A DNA stretch of 64,000 nt from Octopus sinensis (lineage: Eukaryota). Below are positions 61,423 to 64,000 of the stretch, piece by piece. How positions within the stretch are numbered: position 1 is the first letter of the stretch; each line of letters opens with the position of its first letter. The DNA lies in the NCBI RefSeq assembly GCF_006345805.1, contig NC_043012.1:27404001-27468000 (forward strand), in the 5' to 3' direction. The position numbers and the translations under genes were made by a program. The notes below the pieces were generated by a model. That model was given only the letters and a program-made list of their open reading frames with translations, made no database searches and was not told where the DNA came from.

Positions 61423-62045
61423 TATAAGAATTTTTCGTGTAATAAGATAAAAAAACCAAGGCTGTATAGATATTAGAGCATTTATAGATAGAAGGTCTTA
61501 CAGCTGTTTCTAGGATATTAATTAATAATGTCCCTTCATCGGAGAAGGCGTGAGAGGAAAATTAAGTCATAGTTACTTTAGATGTGATACAAAATTGAGA
61601 ATGAGGTGGAGGAAAGAAAATAGATGCAAGATATATATGGGTATTGAAGTTGTAAATCCGTTTTATGGGCATAATGGTATACATGCAATATTTCAATATC
61701 CTTTGAATAAAATCCAAAAATCCAACAGAGTTTAATATGTGTCCTTCCAAATATATAAGCAATGTAAGATTCCCTTATGAGTGAGATCCAGCAGATTTTT
61801 AAACTTGGTCATTCCCAGTAGGGAATTTATATACAGTATTGTAGAGTTAAAGGTTTGTATTTAAAATGACCTAGAAATAGGGAGTGTATTAGTATGGTTA
61901 AATTGAAAACAGGAAGCACACCGTCTCCGATGAAGGGATATTATTAATTAATATCCTAGAAACAGCTGTAAGACCTTCTATCTATAAATGCTCTAATATC
62001 TATATAGCCTTGATTTTTTATCTTATTATGCAAAAAATTCTTATA
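61423..62045. mobile_element. Inverted-repeat mini-element (130-bp arms, 364-bp spacer), each arm carrying a hammerhead-like motif
   Basis: The arms are 61423-61552 and 61917-62045. The motifs are at 61495-61545 (-) and 61923-61974 (+). Confidence 0.8.
61923..61974 (+). ncRNA. Type-I hammerhead-like motif, variant core CCGAUGA, palindromic AGCU loop on stem III
   Basis: GTCT CCGATGA a GGGATATTA ttaat TAATATCCT a GAAAC AGCT GTA AGAC. Confidence 0.55.
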
Positions 62046-62264
62046 TATATATATATAAATATGCATGTTTGAGTATATAAATAAATGTGTGTGTGTGTAT
62101 TTGTGTGCATATTGGGTTGAAGTGATGTATGTGTATTTGAGTGTATCTTGATGCATAACTATACATATTCATCTATGATGTTTATATGAATACAGATATG
62201 ATTTTGTACATGTATGTCTGCAGATACACAGGCTCTTGTATATACAAGTTCATGTATATTAGAT

Positions 62265-62910
62265 CACAAAGTTGTTTAAAGTGATGAACCCAATACTCAT
62301 CCTGGGTTAGGAAATGTTCAAGGAAACCAGCTGAAACTGCCTCAATGTCAGATTTTCCTCATGATGTGATCAGCTTGGTGTGATTTTGATCAGATGTCAG
62401 AAAGACATGGTACCCATGGAGCAGAAACCTTTGTCGTGTCAAATTCATTGTGCAGAATAATCTCAACTAAGGATATGCTAAAAGCATTGGTGATTTGATT
62501 TGTAGGCAATTGCCTGTCATTGATCACCATCTGGTGAGCACAATGTTTTTTTTTATGGTGACAGTTACAGGACTCTCCCTTCCCCTCCTAAATTCAGCTG
62601 CCTACTTTTGTACTGTTAATAAAGCTGGATTGTCATCCCTTAATGTAGCAACCATGTCAACATGAATGTTCTTGGGGGCTAAACGCTTTTTTCTGCAGGT
62701 ACTTGATAACATCATAATGCCCAATTTTGTCCATTTTCAAGAGAAGTCGCTGATAGTTTTGAAGTCTTCTTTGAACAGTCAGATGTCAGTTTACCTGGAA
62801 AGAATCAATGCAGTTATTAACGAGAAAGGTTGAAATGAATGCATGCAAGGTTTCACAGCACTAGTACCACTCGTTTCTAGTCGTGCTATGAACTTTTCAG
62901 CCCACCCTCA
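62265..62910 (-). mobile_element. Mariner 5' half, decayed
   Basis: The TIR-like end is ta|tgagggtgggctgaaaagttc. Translates as MDKIGHYDVIKYLQKK, AAEFRRGRES, KVSAPWVP and FLTQDEYWVHHF. Confidence 0.8.
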
Positions 62911-63589
62911 TACTTCAACCATGACCCATGATTGGCTGTTTATGTATTTTTAACTACTATTTATTTTGCAACAAAATTATTTTTTCTCTTATTATAAGCA
63001 GAAATGATTTTGTTACCTGGTAGTCATGTACTTGACAATAAGAGTGTCATTATATTATGATGTAATATACATATAATTGATGGATACCTTACACATGTCA
63101 CACTGAACTGTGATAGTCCATTCTTGTTATCTTGTTACATACACATGCACACACATTATATAACTAATATATCTACACACACACACACGATACATTATAT
63201 AGGTTAATCACACAGGTACACACACAAACTTTGCCCAACTCCAGCCTGTTAGCCTTAACTTAAAATAGCCTTTACTTGAAGATTGCTTTGTAATACATTT
63301 ATTTTACCATTTTATGCATTATTATGTTTTTCACCAATACACTTTACTTTTTTCTTTCTTAAATTTGTTTGCCATTATTTTATTTTTACATTACAACACA
63401 GAGATTATAATGTAATAATCTATAATACAAAATACACTAGTACAGTTTAAGAAGGGAAAATTTTTTAAAAAACCATAAAACAAGAGAATTATTTATCAAA
63501 CATATTAATAAAAGCAATTGTAGCACTTCTTTTCTGGCTTGCTCAGCAAGTAGGAAAGGACAGAGCCTATGACCATTCCAGAAACTCTG

Positions 63590-64000
63590 AGACAGGTGAG
63601 AGTGATGCCATTAATGCTCTGCTTGAATTGTTTTGGGCCAGTACCTGCAGGAAAGACATAAGCAGAGAGAAGATTCCAGAGGGCCAATCTTCAGGAGATG
63701 AAGGATTGGGCATAATGTTTAATGTGGGGAAAGACATATTGGATGACCAAGTGTGATGAGAGATGAACAGATGAGTAGTGGAAGTATGAAACCAGCCAGA
63801 TATGAAGAGTAGAGGCCACTACAGTAGTGATAGAAGAGGCACACAGAGAGGGGTGAGCATGCCTGTGGGCTAGAGGCTGGAGTGTGTCTATTAGAGGCAG
63901 ATTGCCAATCCGCCAAGTGACCCTTCTCTGGATGTAATCCAGAATGTTAGTGTATCATCCCAGATGTAGAAGGAGTACTCTATTGCGGGTTTCACATGAG
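63590..64000 (-). mobile_element. CR1/L2/Jockey-group LINE C-terminal fragment
   Basis: Translates as HVKPAIEYSFYIW, CLFYHYCSGLYSSYLAG and ALWNLLSAYVFP. Confidence 0.65.

Noticed and set aside
63087-63125. Possible upstream SHOC2 exon ending in AG|gtatcc (the required phase)
   Set aside because: It translates as KNGLSQFSVTCVR, not the expected GNLxxLxRLGLR LRR, and there is no good acceptor.

Overview
This is AT-rich animal DNA made almost entirely of transposons and (TA)n-type microsatellites. The repeat families (RTE LINEs with (GAT)n tails, tRNA-headed SINEs) look like those of Octopus; the species call is inference. One host gene crosses the window on the minus strand. Two small coding exons (53257-53350 and 20417-20521) splice in frame across a 32,735-bp GT-AG intron and encode [31 protein letters not shown]|[35 protein letters not shown], a segment of the LRR scaffold SHOC2/Sur-8. 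The rest is intronic repeat content. It includes a near-intact 4.8-kb RTE LINE with a PHD-type finger inside its RT, a 5'-inverted BovB-like RTE ending in three C2H2 fingers, and CR1-like and HERO-like LINE fragments. There are also Penelope-like elements, mariner (DD34D), maT (DD37D) and piggyBac relics, and two Helitrons, one with both termini. A Penelope > piggyBac > RTE nest can be rebuilt in frame. The most unusual layer is non-coding: several minimal hammerhead-ribozyme-like motifs, some with repeated non-canonical cores and one pair forming an inverted-repeat mini-element, plus many fold-back structures inside the SHOC2 pre-mRNA. Nearly all long ORFs in the supplied track (IYIY..., MMMM...) are microsatellite artefacts. 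Boundaries of decayed repeats are approximate.
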